A DNA stretch of 64,000 nucleotides from an uncultured Bacteroidales bacterium (GTDB taxonomy: Bacteria > Bacteroidota > Bacteroidia > Bacteroidales > CAIXZF01), in assembly GCA_964605655.1 (NCBI GenBank), contig CAZSDK010000007.1, positions 2,084 to 66,083 of the forward strand. Reading direction: 5' to 3'. Below, piece by piece: positions 37,945-48,087 of this stretch; the first letter of the stretch is position 1, and each line of letters starts with the position of its first letter. A model generated the notes under the pieces. That model had not been told where the DNA came from and made no database searches. It was given only the letters and a program-made list of their open reading frames with translations. The translations under genes were made by a program, and so were the position numbers.

Positions 37945-38811
37945 ATGAAAGGAATTATTTTAGCCGGAGGCGCCGGCACCAGGCTGCATCCCCTGACCCT
38001 GGCCGTGAGCAAGCAGCTGATGCCCATTTATGACAAACCTATGATCTATTACCCCCTGTCGGTGCTCCTGCAGGCAGGTATACGTGACATCCTGGTTATC
38101 AGCACTCCCCATGACCTGCCCCATTTTGAAAGGCTGCTGGGAGATGGTCGCCAGATAGGTTGTTCATTCCGGTATGAAGAACAGGCTGTCCCCAACGGGC
38201 TGGCCCAGGCCTTTGTCATTGGCGAGTCATTTATTGGAAATGACAAAGCGGCGCTGATCCTTGGTGACAATATTTTTTATGGCACAGGTTTACAGGAGTT
38301 ACTTCTGGCTAACAACGATCCGGATGGAGGCGTGGTGTTTGCCTATCATGTGAACGATCCCCAGCGCTATGGAGTGGTGGAATTCGATAAAGACATGAAT
38401 GCCATCTCCATAGAGGAGAAACCGGTCCAGCCTAAATCCAATTTTGCGGTCCCCGGACTCTATTTTTACGACAATTCTGTCATTGATATTGCGAAAAACA
38501 TCCAGCCCAGCAAGAGGGGAGAATATGAGATCACCGATGTGAACCGGATCTACCTGGAGATGCATAAGCTGAAGGTGGGGATATTAAGCAGGGGTACCGC
38601 ATGGCTCGACACGGGAACCTTTAATTCATTACTACAGGCATCACAGTTTGTACAAGTTATTGAAGAACGGCAGGGCCTGAAGATCGGTTGTATTGAAGAG
38701 ATTGCGTACCATATGGGTTTTATCACTGCCGATGAACTTATTAAGGCTGCTGAACCCCTGCGAAAAAGCGGCTATGGAGAATATCTGGTCAAACTCATTG
38801 AAAACCAATAA
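37945..38811 (+). CDS. rfbA: glucose-1-phosphate thymidylyltransferase
   Basis: 288 aa. [18 protein letters not shown] nucleotidyltransferase motif with RmlA-typical sequence throughout ([19 protein letters not shown]). Confidence 0.95.
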   Translation: MKGIILAGGAGTRLHPLTLAVSKQLMPIYDKPMIYYPLSVLLQAGIRDILVISTPHDLPHFERLLGDGRQIGCSFRYEEQAVPNGLAQAFVIGESFIGNDKAALILGDNIFYGTGLQELLLANNDPDGGVVFAYHVNDPQRYGVVEFDKDMNAISIEEKPVQPKSNFAVPGLYFYDNSVIDIAKNIQPSKRGEYEITDVNRIYLEMHKLKVGILSRGTAWLDTGTFNSLLQASQFVQVIEERQGLKIGCIEEIAYHMGFITADELIKAAEPLRKSGYGEYLVKLIENQ

Positions 38812-38813
38812 TA

Positions 38814-39803
38814 ATGGTCAATTTCAGCAACAACGAATACCGGCGTAAGATTCTGATCACCGGAGGGGCAGGATTCATTGGAAGTGCCCTGGCTGCCAAG
38901 CTCATCAGCGACCCGGAGAATTTTGTGGTGGTGGTCGATAACCTGGTCACCGGCTCCCTGAAGCGTCTACCCAGCTTCCCTAAAAACAACTGGAAGTTCA
39001 TACGCTGTGATGTGAACTATTATAACGACATCGCCGAGGTCATGCACCCCGTACCCTTCGATTATGTTTTTCACTATGCCGCTTTTGTCGGGGTTAAGAG
39101 GACTCAGGCACAACCGGTGAGAGTGCTACAGGACCTGCATGGGATTGAGAACATACTCAATCTGTGCAAGAATGCCGGGGTACGCAGGGTGTTCTTTGCC
39201 TCCTCCTCAGAAGTGTATGGCGAGCCCATCAACTTGCCACAAAATGAATATACCACACCTCTCAATTCAAAGATCCCCTATGCCGTAGTGAAAAATGCAG
39301 GTGAAGCCTACCTGAGGTCCTACCACAAAGAATACGACCTGGATTATACCATCTTCAGGTTTTTCAATACTTATGGCCCAATGCAAGACAAGGATTTTGT
39401 TATGTCCCGTTTCCTTTATCTTGCCATGATGAATGAACCCATCACCATCTATGGAGATGGTTCTCAAACCCGTACTTTTTTCCATATTGATGATAATATT
39501 GAATCGACGGTCAATGCCTTTTACAACGATTTGGTGGTGAATGATGTCATCAATATCGGGGGGGACAAGGAAATCAGCATGCTGGAACTTGCCAGTCTGA
39601 TCAAGGAGATGACCGGTTCCACATCGGAAATTGTCTTCTTACCTCCATTGGAGGAGGGAGATATGGCAAGGCGCTATCCTGATACCACACAATTGAAGGC
39701 CTTGCTGCAAGATCATAAGACACTTTCGCTGAAAGAAGGGATACAGTCTATCATTGACAATCCTGATTTCCTGCTTCAACAGTTCTCACCTACGAACCAG
39801 TAA
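38814..39803 (+). CDS. NAD-dependent sugar-nucleotide epimerase/dehydratase (extended SDR)
   Basis: 329 aa. Rossmann motif GGAGFIGS and a catalytic YxxxK (YAVVKNAGE). The exact substrate is not assignable by eye. Confidence 0.85.
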   Translation: MVNFSNNEYRRKILITGGAGFIGSALAAKLISDPENFVVVVDNLVTGSLKRLPSFPKNNWKFIRCDVNYYNDIAEVMHPVPFDYVFHYAAFVGVKRTQAQPVRVLQDLHGIENILNLCKNAGVRRVFFASSSEVYGEPINLPQNEYTTPLNSKIPYAVVKNAGEAYLRSYHKEYDLDYTIFRFFNTYGPMQDKDFVMSRFLYLAMMNEPITIYGDGSQTRTFFHIDDNIESTVNAFYNDLVVNDVINIGGDKEISMLELASLIKEMTGSTSEIVFLPPLEEGDMARRYPDTTQLKALLQDHKTLSLKEGIQSIIDNPDFLLQQFSPTNQ

Positions 39804-39811
39804 AAGAGACT

Positions 39812-40786
39812 ATGCATTCCGTTGCATACTTGCACGACAAGGTTAGGAATACGTTCGACGCCCTGAAGATTCACGGTCATCCGGCTGAACTCTATGAACC
39901 CATACAATACGGCCTTACCATGGGGGGAAAACGAATCAGGCCCTTTCTGACCCTGTTAGCCTGCGACCTTTTTGAAGGAGACCCGGATGCTGCCATACCC
40001 GCAGCCATAGGACTGGAGATGTTCCACAACTTTACACTGGTGCATGATGATATCATGGACCATGCCCTGCTTAGAAGAGGACACCTGCCAGTGTATCTTA
40101 AGTGGGACACCAATACTGCCATCCTGGCCGGTGACACCATATTTACGCTGGCTTGTGAATATCTGAACAAAACCAGGCATGGAAAAACCGGGGAGATGAT
40201 GTCTCTTTTTTACAGGACCGCCAGAGAAGTATGTGAAGGACAGCAGATGGACCTGATCTTTGAAAAGAAACCCAGCGTTCAGATTGAGGAATACCTCAAC
40301 ATGATACGATTAAAAACCGCCGTGCTGCTGGGATGTTGCCTGAAGACCGGCGGCCTGGTGGCCGGAGCCGGAGATGAGGACGCCGATCTCATCTACCAAT
40401 ACGGACAGAATCTGGGCATGGCCTTTCAATTGCAGGACGATCTGCTGGATACTTTTGGTACGGAAGCGACCTTCGGTAAGAAGACCGGAGGAGATATCGT
40501 GACCAATAAAAAAACCTACCTCTTTATCAAAGCATCAGAGCTTGCCAATGAAAGTCAGAGACAGGCATTGCTGGGTTATTACAGCACCACTGAAATGGAT
40601 AATGAAGTTAAGATCGAGAGGGTTAAAACCTTGTTCACGGAACTCCACATCCAGCAATATCTGAAGGAGGAGATGGAGAAGTATTATCAAATTGCACAGG
40701 TTTCACTCAGCCAATTATCACTGGGTCCCGATAAAAAAGAAATACTGCTGGCTTTTGGTGAGCAGTTGATGAACCGCACCTACTGA
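39812..40786 (+). CDS. polyprenyl diphosphate synthase (trans-isoprenyl diphosphate synthase family)
   Basis: 324 aa. First Asp-rich motif LVHDDIMD and second Asp-rich motif LQDDLLD. Confidence 0.92.
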   Translation: MHSVAYLHDKVRNTFDALKIHGHPAELYEPIQYGLTMGGKRIRPFLTLLACDLFEGDPDAAIPAAIGLEMFHNFTLVHDDIMDHALLRRGHLPVYLKWDTNTAILAGDTIFTLACEYLNKTRHGKTGEMMSLFYRTAREVCEGQQMDLIFEKKPSVQIEEYLNMIRLKTAVLLGCCLKTGGLVAGAGDEDADLIYQYGQNLGMAFQLQDDLLDTFGTEATFGKKTGGDIVTNKKTYLFIKASELANESQRQALLGYYSTTEMDNEVKIERVKTLFTELHIQQYLKEEMEKYYQIAQVSLSQLSLGPDKKEILLAFGEQLMNRTY

Positions 40787-42732
40787 TCCTGCTGATTATC
40801 AGCCTCCTTCAGCTGAATATGTAACATTTCCCATTCTTCCATGGAAGCATCCAATTGTTTTCTCAGGTCCTCGTACTTTTGAAACAGCCCATGGTCATTC
40901 ACGGCTTGAGGAAAACGGACCGGGTCTGAAAGCATCTCGTTGAGTTTTTGAATCTCACCCTCCATACGGCTGATCTCTTCCTCACAGCGACTTATCTGGT
41001 TTTCGATCTTTCTGACTTCCTTGTTTTGCTGCTTTTTCTTCAGGTAATTGATCTTATTACCGGAGTCAATGGTCTCTTTGGCAGCAGCCGTAGCTTTATT
41101 CTTTCTTTCAAGCTCAGACAAAGACTTTAGTTTCCTGGATTCCAGAAAATCATAGATATCTCCCAGGTACTGTCTCACCTGTTGGTGACGGAATTCGAAG
41201 ACCTTGTTGGTGAGTCCCTGCAAGAAATCCCTGTCATGGGACACGATGATCACGGTTCCCTTGAACTGCAGGATGGCATTTTTGAGAATGTCCTTGGAAG
41301 CCATGTCAAGGTGGTTGGTTGGCTCATCGAGGATGAGCAGGTTGGCCGGTGTGAGCAGCAGTCGGGCCAGGGCCAGCCTGGATTTCTCACCCCCCGAGAG
41401 TACCTTGACTTTCTTGTCGACAGTCTCTCCGCTGAAAAGAAACGACCCGAGAATGTTCCTGATCCTTGGTCTGATGTCGCCCACGGCGACTTCATCAATT
41501 GTCTGAAAAACAGTAAGTTCAGGATTTAACAACTCTGCCTGGTTCTGGGCAAAATAGCCGATGATCACCTGGTGACCCAGCTTGCACTGTCCCTGGTGGT
41601 CCAGCTCACCAACGATGATACGGCTCAAGGTAGTTTTCCCCATGCCGTTTTTTCCGACAAAAGCGACGAAATCTCCCTGAATTATACTGAATTCCAAATC
41701 TTTAAGAACTAAATGACTGCCATAGGATTTTGACAGATGCCTTGCTTCGACCACCACTTTACCTGAATGCGGAGCCGGAGGAAACTGAAAACGGATGGCA
41801 GAACGGTCCACCTCATCCACTTCAATGCGGTCCAGTTTCTCGAGGAGTTTTATCCTGCTTTGTACCTGACTGGCTTTATTGGCTTTATACCTGAATCTCT
41901 CAATAAACCTCTCAATCTGGGCGATCTGTCGCTGCTGGTTACCGAAAGCTGCCTGCTGCTGCTCCAGTTCCTCCTCCCTTTTGACTGCATAATCAGAATA
42001 AGACATGCGGTAGTCGTATATCTTTCCAAGGGAGATCTCGATGGTCCTTTTGGTGACATTATCGAGGAATGCACGGTCATGAGAAACCAGGACCACAGCC
42101 CCCGGATAATCTTCAAGGAAGGTCTCCATCCATTGAATGGATTCGATGTCGAGGTGGTTGGTCGGCTCATCGAGGAGCAGCAGATCAGGTTTCCGCAGAA
42201 GAATCTTTGCCAGCTCCACCCGCATCTGCCATCCTCCGCTGAATTCTCTCAGTGGCCGGGCAAAGTCGGAGGGTTCAAAGCCAAGTCCCGACAGCACCTG
42301 TTCTGCCTCGGCTTCCCTGGCATGGCCGCCCAGTATCTGGAAGCGTTCACTGGCTTCGTTCAGCCTGCTGATGAGCTTCAGGTATTCAGCGGAATGATAG
42401 TCGTGCCGGGCTGAGATCTGGTCTGTAAGGTGATGTATGGTCTTTTCCAGTTCCAGTACTTCATGAAAAGCAGTCATGGCATGCTCCAGGACCGTTCCGA
42501 CAGAGGTCAGCAGCATCTCCTGTTCCATAAAGCCCAGGGTAAGGGCATTGGGTTTGCTGACATACCCGGAGTCAGGGTTCATCATGGCTGCTATGATCCG
42601 AAGGATGGTGGTTTTACCGGCTCCATTTTTCCCAACCAGACCAATACGGTCTTTTGGATTAATGATGAAACTGATATTATCGAACAGGGGAACCCCCGAG
42701 AACTGGACCGATACGTTGTTAATCCCTACCAT
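40780..42732 (-). CDS. ABC-F family ATPase (two ABC domains, C-terminal coiled coil)
   Basis: 650 aa. Two Walker A motifs (GKNGAGKTT, GKNGMGKTT), two LSGG signatures and no TM domains. The tail is K/E-rich and helical. Confidence 0.93.
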   Translation of the reverse strand: MVGINNVSVQFSGVPLFDNISFIINPKDRIGLVGKNGAGKTTILRIIAAMMNPDSGYVSKPNALTLGFMEQEMLLTSVGTVLEHAMTAFHEVLELEKTIHHLTDQISARHDYHSAEYLKLISRLNEASERFQILGGHAREAEAEQVLSGLGFEPSDFARPLREFSGGWQMRVELAKILLRKPDLLLLDEPTNHLDIESIQWMETFLEDYPGAVVLVSHDRAFLDNVTKRTIEISLGKIYDYRMSYSDYAVKREEELEQQQAAFGNQQRQIAQIERFIERFRYKANKASQVQSRIKLLEKLDRIEVDEVDRSAIRFQFPPAPHSGKVVVEARHLSKSYGSHLVLKDLEFSIIQGDFVAFVGKNGMGKTTLSRIIVGELDHQGQCKLGHQVIIGYFAQNQAELLNPELTVFQTIDEVAVGDIRPRIRNILGSFLFSGETVDKKVKVLSGGEKSRLALARLLLTPANLLILDEPTNHLDMASKDILKNAILQFKGTVIIVSHDRDFLQGLTNKVFEFRHQQVRQYLGDIYDFLESRKLKSLSELERKNKATAAAKETIDSGNKINYLKKKQQNKEVRKIENQISRCEEEISRMEGEIQKLNEMLSDPVRFPQAVNDHGLFQKYEDLRKQLDASMEEWEMLHIQLKEADNQQDQ

Positions 42733-42787
42733 AATTTTAAGAACCGCGCAAAAATACTATTTTGGCCTGATCCGTAGTTGGTTTGGT

Positions 42788-42824
42788 CAAACAAAAAGGG
42801 GTGGCTTTTGCAAGTCACCCCTTT
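42788..42824 (-). terminator. Rho-independent terminator after the choice-of-anchor-J-like gene
   Basis: On the minus strand, AAAGGGGTG...CACCCCTTT forms a hairpin (plus-strand coordinates 42795-42803 and 42816-42824), followed by TTTTGTTTG. Confidence 0.65.
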
Positions 42825-42844
42825 CATGCAGAAGGAATTTCGTA

Positions 42845-43756
42845 TTATCTGCTCACGTTGATCTTCCTGGATGAAACCCCATTTTCGGTTTCAACCGTCA
42901 CGAAGTAAACGCCAGGCTGATAATCACTGGTATTCACCTGAGTTTTCTTACCGTCGACCACGAACTCTTCCATCACCTGGCCGAGAAGATTGGAGATCTT
43001 CACCCTCTGGATGTTGGAGTTAGCTTCGAGATACATGGTTTCTTTTACAGGGTTCGGATAGATATTGAAGGTCACGTTGTTGTGATTCTCAACACCCATA
43101 ACGCCTGCACCAACTTTCACCAGGTCAACGAAAAGAGCTGCTCCATTGGTTTGGTTGTCAGCAATTTTCTCACGGAAAGCGATATAGATGCTTTTTCCGC
43201 TGTAGGCTGAGAGGTTGAAAGCCTTGAAATACCAACCGGAGTCTGCTGCAGACCATCCCGTGGCATTCAGAGTAGCGGTGAAGGAGGGGATGGTGTTGCT
43301 GGTTTCAGAAACCAGGATGAAAAGTGAATCCAGATAGGATCCGAACTTCCTGACAAAGAATGACATACCATAGTTGGCGGTCACAGAGATCTGGGGAGTA
43401 ACCAGCCACTGGTCGTTAGAGGCTGTACCACCGGTTGTCCATGTGCAGAATGCCATCTTAGTTCCGCCGGTTCCACCGGGAGTAGGAGTTACAACGCCAC
43501 CGTTCCATCCGGGGATCGGGGTTGTTCCAACATTTTCCTGGTACCAGCCTGTTCCTCCGTCGGGGCTATATAATGCCCAGCCGGTGGGGGGGAAAGTGCC
43601 TTCGAAGCTTTCATTCACACTGGTAACCAGTGTTGCTTCGGTGTTTGAGGAAACAATGGGTTTGGGTTTGACCGCATTGGGATTCCTGGTTTGTTGTGCG
43701 AAAGCCACTGACATGGCAAACACAACCAATAAGAAAATTTGAGTAAATCTTTTCAT
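42845..43756 (-). CDS. secreted protein with a T9SS type-A C-terminal sorting domain (N-terminal domain resembles choice-of-anchor J)
   Basis: 303 aa with signal peptide MKRFTQIFLLVVFAMSVAFAQ. Contains an FEGTFPPTGWALYSPDGGTGW segment. The C-terminus is NIYPNPVKETMYLEA...GVYFVTVETENGVSSRKINVSR. Confidence 0.85.
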   Translation of the reverse strand: MKRFTQIFLLVVFAMSVAFAQQTRNPNAVKPKPIVSSNTEATLVTSVNESFEGTFPPTGWALYSPDGGTGWYQENVGTTPIPGWNGGVVTPTPGGTGGTKMAFCTWTTGGTASNDQWLVTPQISVTANYGMSFFVRKFGSYLDSLFILVSETSNTIPSFTATLNATGWSAADSGWYFKAFNLSAYSGKSIYIAFREKIADNQTNGAALFVDLVKVGAGVMGVENHNNVTFNIYPNPVKETMYLEANSNIQRVKISNLLGQVMEEFVVDGKKTQVNTSDYQPGVYFVTVETENGVSSRKINVSR

Positions 43757-43788
43757 GCTTTATAGGTTTTAGTTAATAATTCGTGGTT

Positions 43789-43796
43789 CAAAATTA
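43789..43796 (-). promoter_or_regulatory. -7 promoter box for the 42845-43756 gene
   Basis: The minus strand reads TAATTTTG about 32 nt upstream of the ATG at 43756. Confidence 0.4.
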
Positions 43797-43908
43797 TCAA
43801 ATTATTTGACAATGCCCAAAGATATTAAAATTTTCAATAAAAAAGTATTCCATGCCGTTCATTTTTCAACATCAGCAAATCCCTTTAACGACGCAGTCCT
43901 TATGCACA

Positions 43909-45330
43909 TCAGTCCATGTTTTTAACCATGAGTCTTGGTTCCATCATATCCAGAATGGCATACTTGATCCCTTCCCTTCCGAATCCAGAGTTCTTGACAC
44001 CGCCGTAAGGCATATGGTCTACCCTGAATGTAGGCACTTCATTGACCATGAGTCCGCCTACCTCTATTTCCCTGAATGCCGTGTTCATCTCATGGATACT
44101 GTCGGTAAAGATACCGGCCTGCAGTCCGTAGGCACTTTGATTGATCCAATCCACTGCCTGGTCGAAATCATGATAAGGCTCGATCACAACAACCGGACCA
44201 AAAACCTCAAGATGGCAGACTTTCATTTCGGCTTGTGTGTTGGTGAGGATGGTGGGCTCAAAAGCGCTTCCATTACGGTGGCCGCCCATGAGGACTTCAG
44301 CACCTCCCACCCGGGCTTCCTGTATCCAATTTTCTATCCTGATGGCATTCTCTTCATTGATCATGGAAGAGATATCGGTATCGTTTTCAAGCGGGTGCCC
44401 CTGTTTCAGGCAGGCAACCTGTTCCATCATGATGTCAGTAAATTCCTTAAAAACAGATTCATGAACATAAATCCTCTGGGTATGGATACACACCTGGCCT
44501 GCATAAGAGAACGCACCGGCAGTGCATTTCGCGGCAGCCATTTTCAGGTTGGCAGACGGAGCAACGATCACTCCTGCATTTCCGCCCAGCTCAAGGACTA
44601 CTCTTTTCCTGCCGGCTTCCTTTTTCATCTTCCATCCCACGGCAGGGCTTCCCGTAAAGGTGATCAGCTTGATGCGGTCATCCGTAACGAGCTGATTGCC
44701 AAGAGTCCGGTCAAAAGGGATGATAGAGACCATCCCTTTGGGAAGCGGTGACTGGTCGATGACCTTCGCCAGCTCAAGGGTTGACAAGGGCGTGGTGGAG
44801 GAAGGTTTAAGGATGATGGGGCAACCGGCGGCGATGGCCGGAGCGATCTTATGGACTGCCAGGTTGAGCGGAAAGTTAAAAGGAGAGATTCCTCCAACCA
44901 GTCCAACAGGAAAATACTTAACGATCCCTTCCTTGCCTGTGCCACCCGGAGTCCAGTCGAGGCTCAGCACTTCACCCGGAAGGCGTTTAGCTTCCTCGGC
45001 TGCCGCCACAAAGGTGGCGATCGCCCGGTCGACTTCACCCACCGCCAGTTTCCAGGGTTTGCAGGCTTCACTGGCAAGAATCCGGGTGAAGCGTTCCTTG
45101 TCCCTTTCAATTTCCTGTGCAATGAACATCAAAGCCGCGTACCTGACATGTGAGGGCAGATCTCTGGCAGTCTTCTCGAGGGCCAGCCCCTTCCGGACAG
45201 CAGCCTCAAAATCACAGGCCCGTCCCAGGGCTGCCTGGGCAAAGACTTCGTTATTAAATGAATTTTGAACTTCCAGATACTCACCTGTATCGATAAAATC
45301 TCCGGCAGCATAGATGAGAAACTTTTCCAT
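43909..45330 (-). CDS. NAD(P)-dependent aldehyde dehydrogenase family protein
   Basis: I moved the start to ATG at the complement of 45330 (MEKFLIYAAGDF), giving 473 aa. ELGGNA glutamate motif and a catalytic Cys in GQVCIHTQR. Confidence 0.92.
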   Translation of the reverse strand: MEKFLIYAAGDFIDTGEYLEVQNSFNNEVFAQAALGRACDFEAAVRKGLALEKTARDLPSHVRYAALMFIAQEIERDKERFTRILASEACKPWKLAVGEVDRAIATFVAAAEEAKRLPGEVLSLDWTPGGTGKEGIVKYFPVGLVGGISPFNFPLNLAVHKIAPAIAAGCPIILKPSSTTPLSTLELAKVIDQSPLPKGMVSIIPFDRTLGNQLVTDDRIKLITFTGSPAVGWKMKKEAGRKRVVLELGGNAGVIVAPSANLKMAAAKCTAGAFSYAGQVCIHTQRIYVHESVFKEFTDIMMEQVACLKQGHPLENDTDISSMINEENAIRIENWIQEARVGGAEVLMGGHRNGSAFEPTILTNTQAEMKVCHLEVFGPVVVIEPYHDFDQAVDWINQSAYGLQAGIFTDSIHEMNTAFREIEVGGLMVNEVPTFRVDHMPYGGVKNSGFGREGIKYAILDMMEPRLMVKNMD

Positions 45331-45363
45331 AGCAAGATCCTTGATGGTTTTGACTTCTTTCTC

Positions 45364-45371
45364 CAAAATTA
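45364..45371 (-). promoter_or_regulatory. -7 promoter box for the aldehyde dehydrogenase gene
   Basis: The minus strand reads TAATTTTG about 33 nt upstream of the ATG at 45330. Confidence 0.4.
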
Positions 45372-45426
45372 TTGATTCCTTGTAAATTTTATTGATAAAA
45401 TCTCTTGGGGTTAAAAAAATTATCTC

Positions 45427-45434
45427 TATCTTTG
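45427..45434 (+). promoter_or_regulatory. -7 promoter box for rplU-rpmA
   Basis: TATCTTTG lies 33 nt upstream of ATG 45468. Confidence 0.45.
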
Positions 45435-45467
45435 CCGTCCCAAAAATCGAAGGAAATAGATTCAGAA

Positions 45468-45878
45468 ATGTACGCAATAGTGGATATAGCCGGACAGCAG
45501 ATGAAGGTCGAAAAAGACCAGAAGCTGTATGTACACCGTCTTCAGGGTGAAGAAGGTAGCCAGGTTACATTTGAAAAGGTGCTGCTTCTTGACCAGGATG
45601 ATAAAATCTCTGTCGGACAGCCAATCGTTAATGGTGTGAGCATCACCGCCAAGATCATTGCCCACGTCAGTGGTGACAAGGTGTTGGTTTTCAAAAAGAA
45701 AAGAAGAAAAGGATATCAGAAACTGAATGGTCACCGTCAGCAATTCTCGCAGATCCAGATCGAAGACATTGTGACCGGTTCTGCCAGGAAAACCTCAAAA
45801 GCAAAAGCTGAAAAGCCTGTTGAGGCAGAAGCTCCTGTTATCGAGAACCCTGAAGTTGAACCCACTACAGAAAATTAA
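45468..45878 (+). CDS. rplU: 50S ribosomal protein L21 (with a K/A/E/P-rich C-terminal extension)
   Basis: I moved the start to ATG 45468 (MYAIVDIAGQQMKVEKDQKLYVHRL). Canonical L21 core including KKRRKGYQKLNGHRQ. Confidence 0.95.
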   Translation: MYAIVDIAGQQMKVEKDQKLYVHRLQGEEGSQVTFEKVLLLDQDDKISVGQPIVNGVSITAKIIAHVSGDKVLVFKKKRRKGYQKLNGHRQQFSQIQIEDIVTGSARKTSKAKAEKPVEAEAPVIENPEVEPTTEN

Positions 45879-45889
45879 TTATTTGAATT

Positions 45890-46159
45890 ATGGCTCATAA
45901 AAAAGGTGCCGGTAGTTCCAGTAACGGTCGCGAATCAGAAAGTAAGCGACTGGGAATTAAAATTTTTGGCGGACAGTTGGCCAAAGCCGGAAACATCATT
46001 TTACGTCAGAGGGGCACTGTTCATTTCCCCGGATTGAATGTAGGCATGGGTAAAGACCATACCCTTTTTGCACTGACCGACGGTATCGTTGAATTTAAAA
46101 AGAAAAAGGACGACAAATCTTTTGTTTCTGTCTCTCCTCTTGAAGGAGGTTCGAACTAA
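45890..46159 (+). CDS. rpmA: 50S ribosomal protein L27
   Basis: 89 aa: [29 protein letters not shown]...[10 protein letters not shown]. Confidence 0.97.
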   Translation: MAHKKGAGSSSNGRESESKRLGIKIFGGQLAKAGNIILRQRGTVHFPGLNVGMGKDHTLFALTDGIVEFKKKKDDKSFVSVSPLEGGSN

Positions 46160-46194
46160 AGCCGTCCGGCCTTTTAATATCGTCTTGTTGAAAA

Positions 46195-46219
46195 TCTCCC
46201 GGCATCCCGGGAGATTTTT
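46195..46219 (+). terminator. Rho-independent terminator after rpmA
   Basis: TCTCCCGG-CATC-CCGGGAGA hairpin followed by TTTTT. Confidence 0.8.
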
Positions 46220-46243
46220 CGTTTTTAGAAGCTATATTCCATA

Positions 46244-46251
46244 TATTTTTG
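46244..46251 (+). promoter_or_regulatory. -7 promoter box for serS
   Basis: TATTTTTG lies 17 nt upstream of ATG 46269. Confidence 0.4.
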
Positions 46252-46268
46252 CACTCTAATTATCAACT

Positions 46269-47540
46269 ATGTTACAGCTCAACATCCTCCGGGAAATTCC
46301 TGAACTGGTCATACAGCGACTGGCTGTTAAAAACATCGATGCCCGGGAAACGGTAAACCAGATCTTATCCCTCGACAAAAAAAGAAGGGAAATACAAAAG
46401 CAACTGGATGACCAGCTTGCTGAATCGAACCGCCTTGCAAAAGAGATCGGGAACCTCTTCAAACAAGGGAAACAGGACGAGGCCACTCAGGCAAAACAAA
46501 AGACCGCAGAGATTAAGGAGCAGTCGAGGCTTCTATCGGAAGCCCTGGAATCTGTTCAGATCCAATTGCAGGAATCACTGGTACAGCTTCCCAACATGCC
46601 CCATACGTCAGTCCCTCCCGGAAAACACAGCGAGGATAATGAGATCGTACTGACAGAAGGAGATCTGAACATGGGTGAAGTCCCGGCATTGCCCCACTGG
46701 GATATCTGTACGAAATATGACCTGATCGACTTTGAACTCGGAAGTAAGATAACAGGAGCAGGATTCCCGGTGTATAAAGGGAAAGGGGCACGCCTGCAAA
46801 GAGCCCTGATCAACTTCTTCCTGGATGAAGCACTGAAAAACGGATATGCCGAAGTTCAGCCCCCCTATATGGTCAATGAGGCCTCGGCGTTTGCCACCGG
46901 ACAATTACCCGACAAAGAGGGCCAAATGTATTACGCTCCCCTTGACAAATTCTATCTAATCCCCACTGCTGAAGTACCTGTTACAAACATATACCGTGAC
47001 CTGATCCTGAAAACGACTGATTTTCCCATAAAAAATGTGGCCTACTCTGCCTGTTTCAGGAGAGAAGCGGGTTCCTACGGTAAGGATGTGAGAGGGCTCA
47101 ACCGCCTGCACCAGTTCGATAAGGTGGAGATCGTCCAGATCGCGCATCCCGGAAAATCTTATGAAGTCCTTGAAGAGATGGTGCAATATGTTACAGGACT
47201 GCTGCGCAAGCTCGAACTGCCTTTCCGCATCGCTAAACTTTGCGGTGGTGACATGAGCTTTGCCTCGGCACTTACCTATGACATGGAAGTTTTTGCCAAG
47301 GGACAGCAAAAATGGCTGGAAGTGAGCTCTATCAGTAATTTTGAATCATTCCAGGCCAACAGGATGAAATTGCGTTATAAAAATGAAGACGGTAAAACCG
47401 AACTGGCTCATACACTAAATGGAAGTGCCCTGGCGTTACCCAGAATTGTGGCCGCACTTCTTGAAAACCATCAGACCTCCCAGGGTGTTTATATTCCAAA
47501 AGCTTTGGTACCTTATACCGGATTCGAAATCATCAACTGA
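46269..47540 (+). CDS. serS: serine--tRNA ligase
   Basis: 423 aa. N-terminal coiled-coil arm and class II motifs (FRREAGSYGKDVRGLNRLHQFDKVE; GSALALPR). Confidence 0.96.
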   Translation: MLQLNILREIPELVIQRLAVKNIDARETVNQILSLDKKRREIQKQLDDQLAESNRLAKEIGNLFKQGKQDEATQAKQKTAEIKEQSRLLSEALESVQIQLQESLVQLPNMPHTSVPPGKHSEDNEIVLTEGDLNMGEVPALPHWDICTKYDLIDFELGSKITGAGFPVYKGKGARLQRALINFFLDEALKNGYAEVQPPYMVNEASAFATGQLPDKEGQMYYAPLDKFYLIPTAEVPVTNIYRDLILKTTDFPIKNVAYSACFRREAGSYGKDVRGLNRLHQFDKVEIVQIAHPGKSYEVLEEMVQYVTGLLRKLELPFRIAKLCGGDMSFASALTYDMEVFAKGQQKWLEVSSISNFESFQANRMKLRYKNEDGKTELAHTLNGSALALPRIVAALLENHQTSQGVYIPKALVPYTGFEIIN

Positions 47541-47541
47541 T

Positions 47542-48087
47542 ATGTATAAATACCTGATTTACATCACATTAGCTTTCTCGGGGATGTTGATCCTCTTCTC
47601 TGGATGTGGTCGCTCTAAAGAAAAAGCTATGATGAACACCCGGCTCGACAGCCTGGAAAATGTCATCAAAACCCTGGAATCAGACTTACAACAGCTGGAT
47701 CCGGAAAACCTGAAGACGGTGTACCTGGGTTGTAAGGAGGACCTCGAGAAGCTTCACCAGGTCTTCCAGAAAAATCCTCTTCGGGTTAAAGAAAACACCC
47801 TCCTCCAGTATGAAGCGCTCAAAATAAGCCTGAACAAACTGGTCGTCGATGTCGAGTCCATTGACAAGGAAGTACAGCTATCTCATCAACAGCTCAACGA
47901 ATGGAGGATCAACCTGAACAAAAAGGGATATTCAGGCGACGATTTCAACCAATATCTCAAGACAGAATCAGGAGCCATGTACACCCTTGGAAAACTGCTC
48001 AACGGACATAAAGAGACCTGGGCTAAAGACCAGGAGTTGCTTAACCAGTTGAACCCGGAGGTCGGGTCCCTCATCGGGAAAAAATGA
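47542..48087 (+). CDS. coiled-coil lipoprotein, function unknown
   Basis: I moved the start to ATG 47542 (MYKYLIYITLAFSGMLILFSGCGRSKEK; lipobox FSGC). ATGA overlap with the downstream TPR gene. Confidence 0.7.
   Translation: MYKYLIYITLAFSGMLILFSGCGRSKEKAMMNTRLDSLENVIKTLESDLQQLDPENLKTVYLGCKEDLEKLHQVFQKNPLRVKENTLLQYEALKISLNKLVVDVESIDKEVQLSHQQLNEWRINLNKKGYSGDDFNQYLKTESGAMYTLGKLLNGHKETWAKDQELLNQLNPEVGSLIGKK

Noticed and set aside
37945-40786. rfbA plus an SDR epimerase/dehydratase plus polyprenyl synthase as a surface-glycan biosynthesis cluster.
   Set aside because: No glycosyltransferase, flippase, polymerase or rfbBCD genes are adjacent. These look like scattered housekeeping genes.
45777-45878. 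C-terminal K/A/E/P-rich extension of ribosomal protein L21.
   Set aside because: To my knowledge, extended L21 tails are common in this phylum, so this is not unusual enough to report as a finding.
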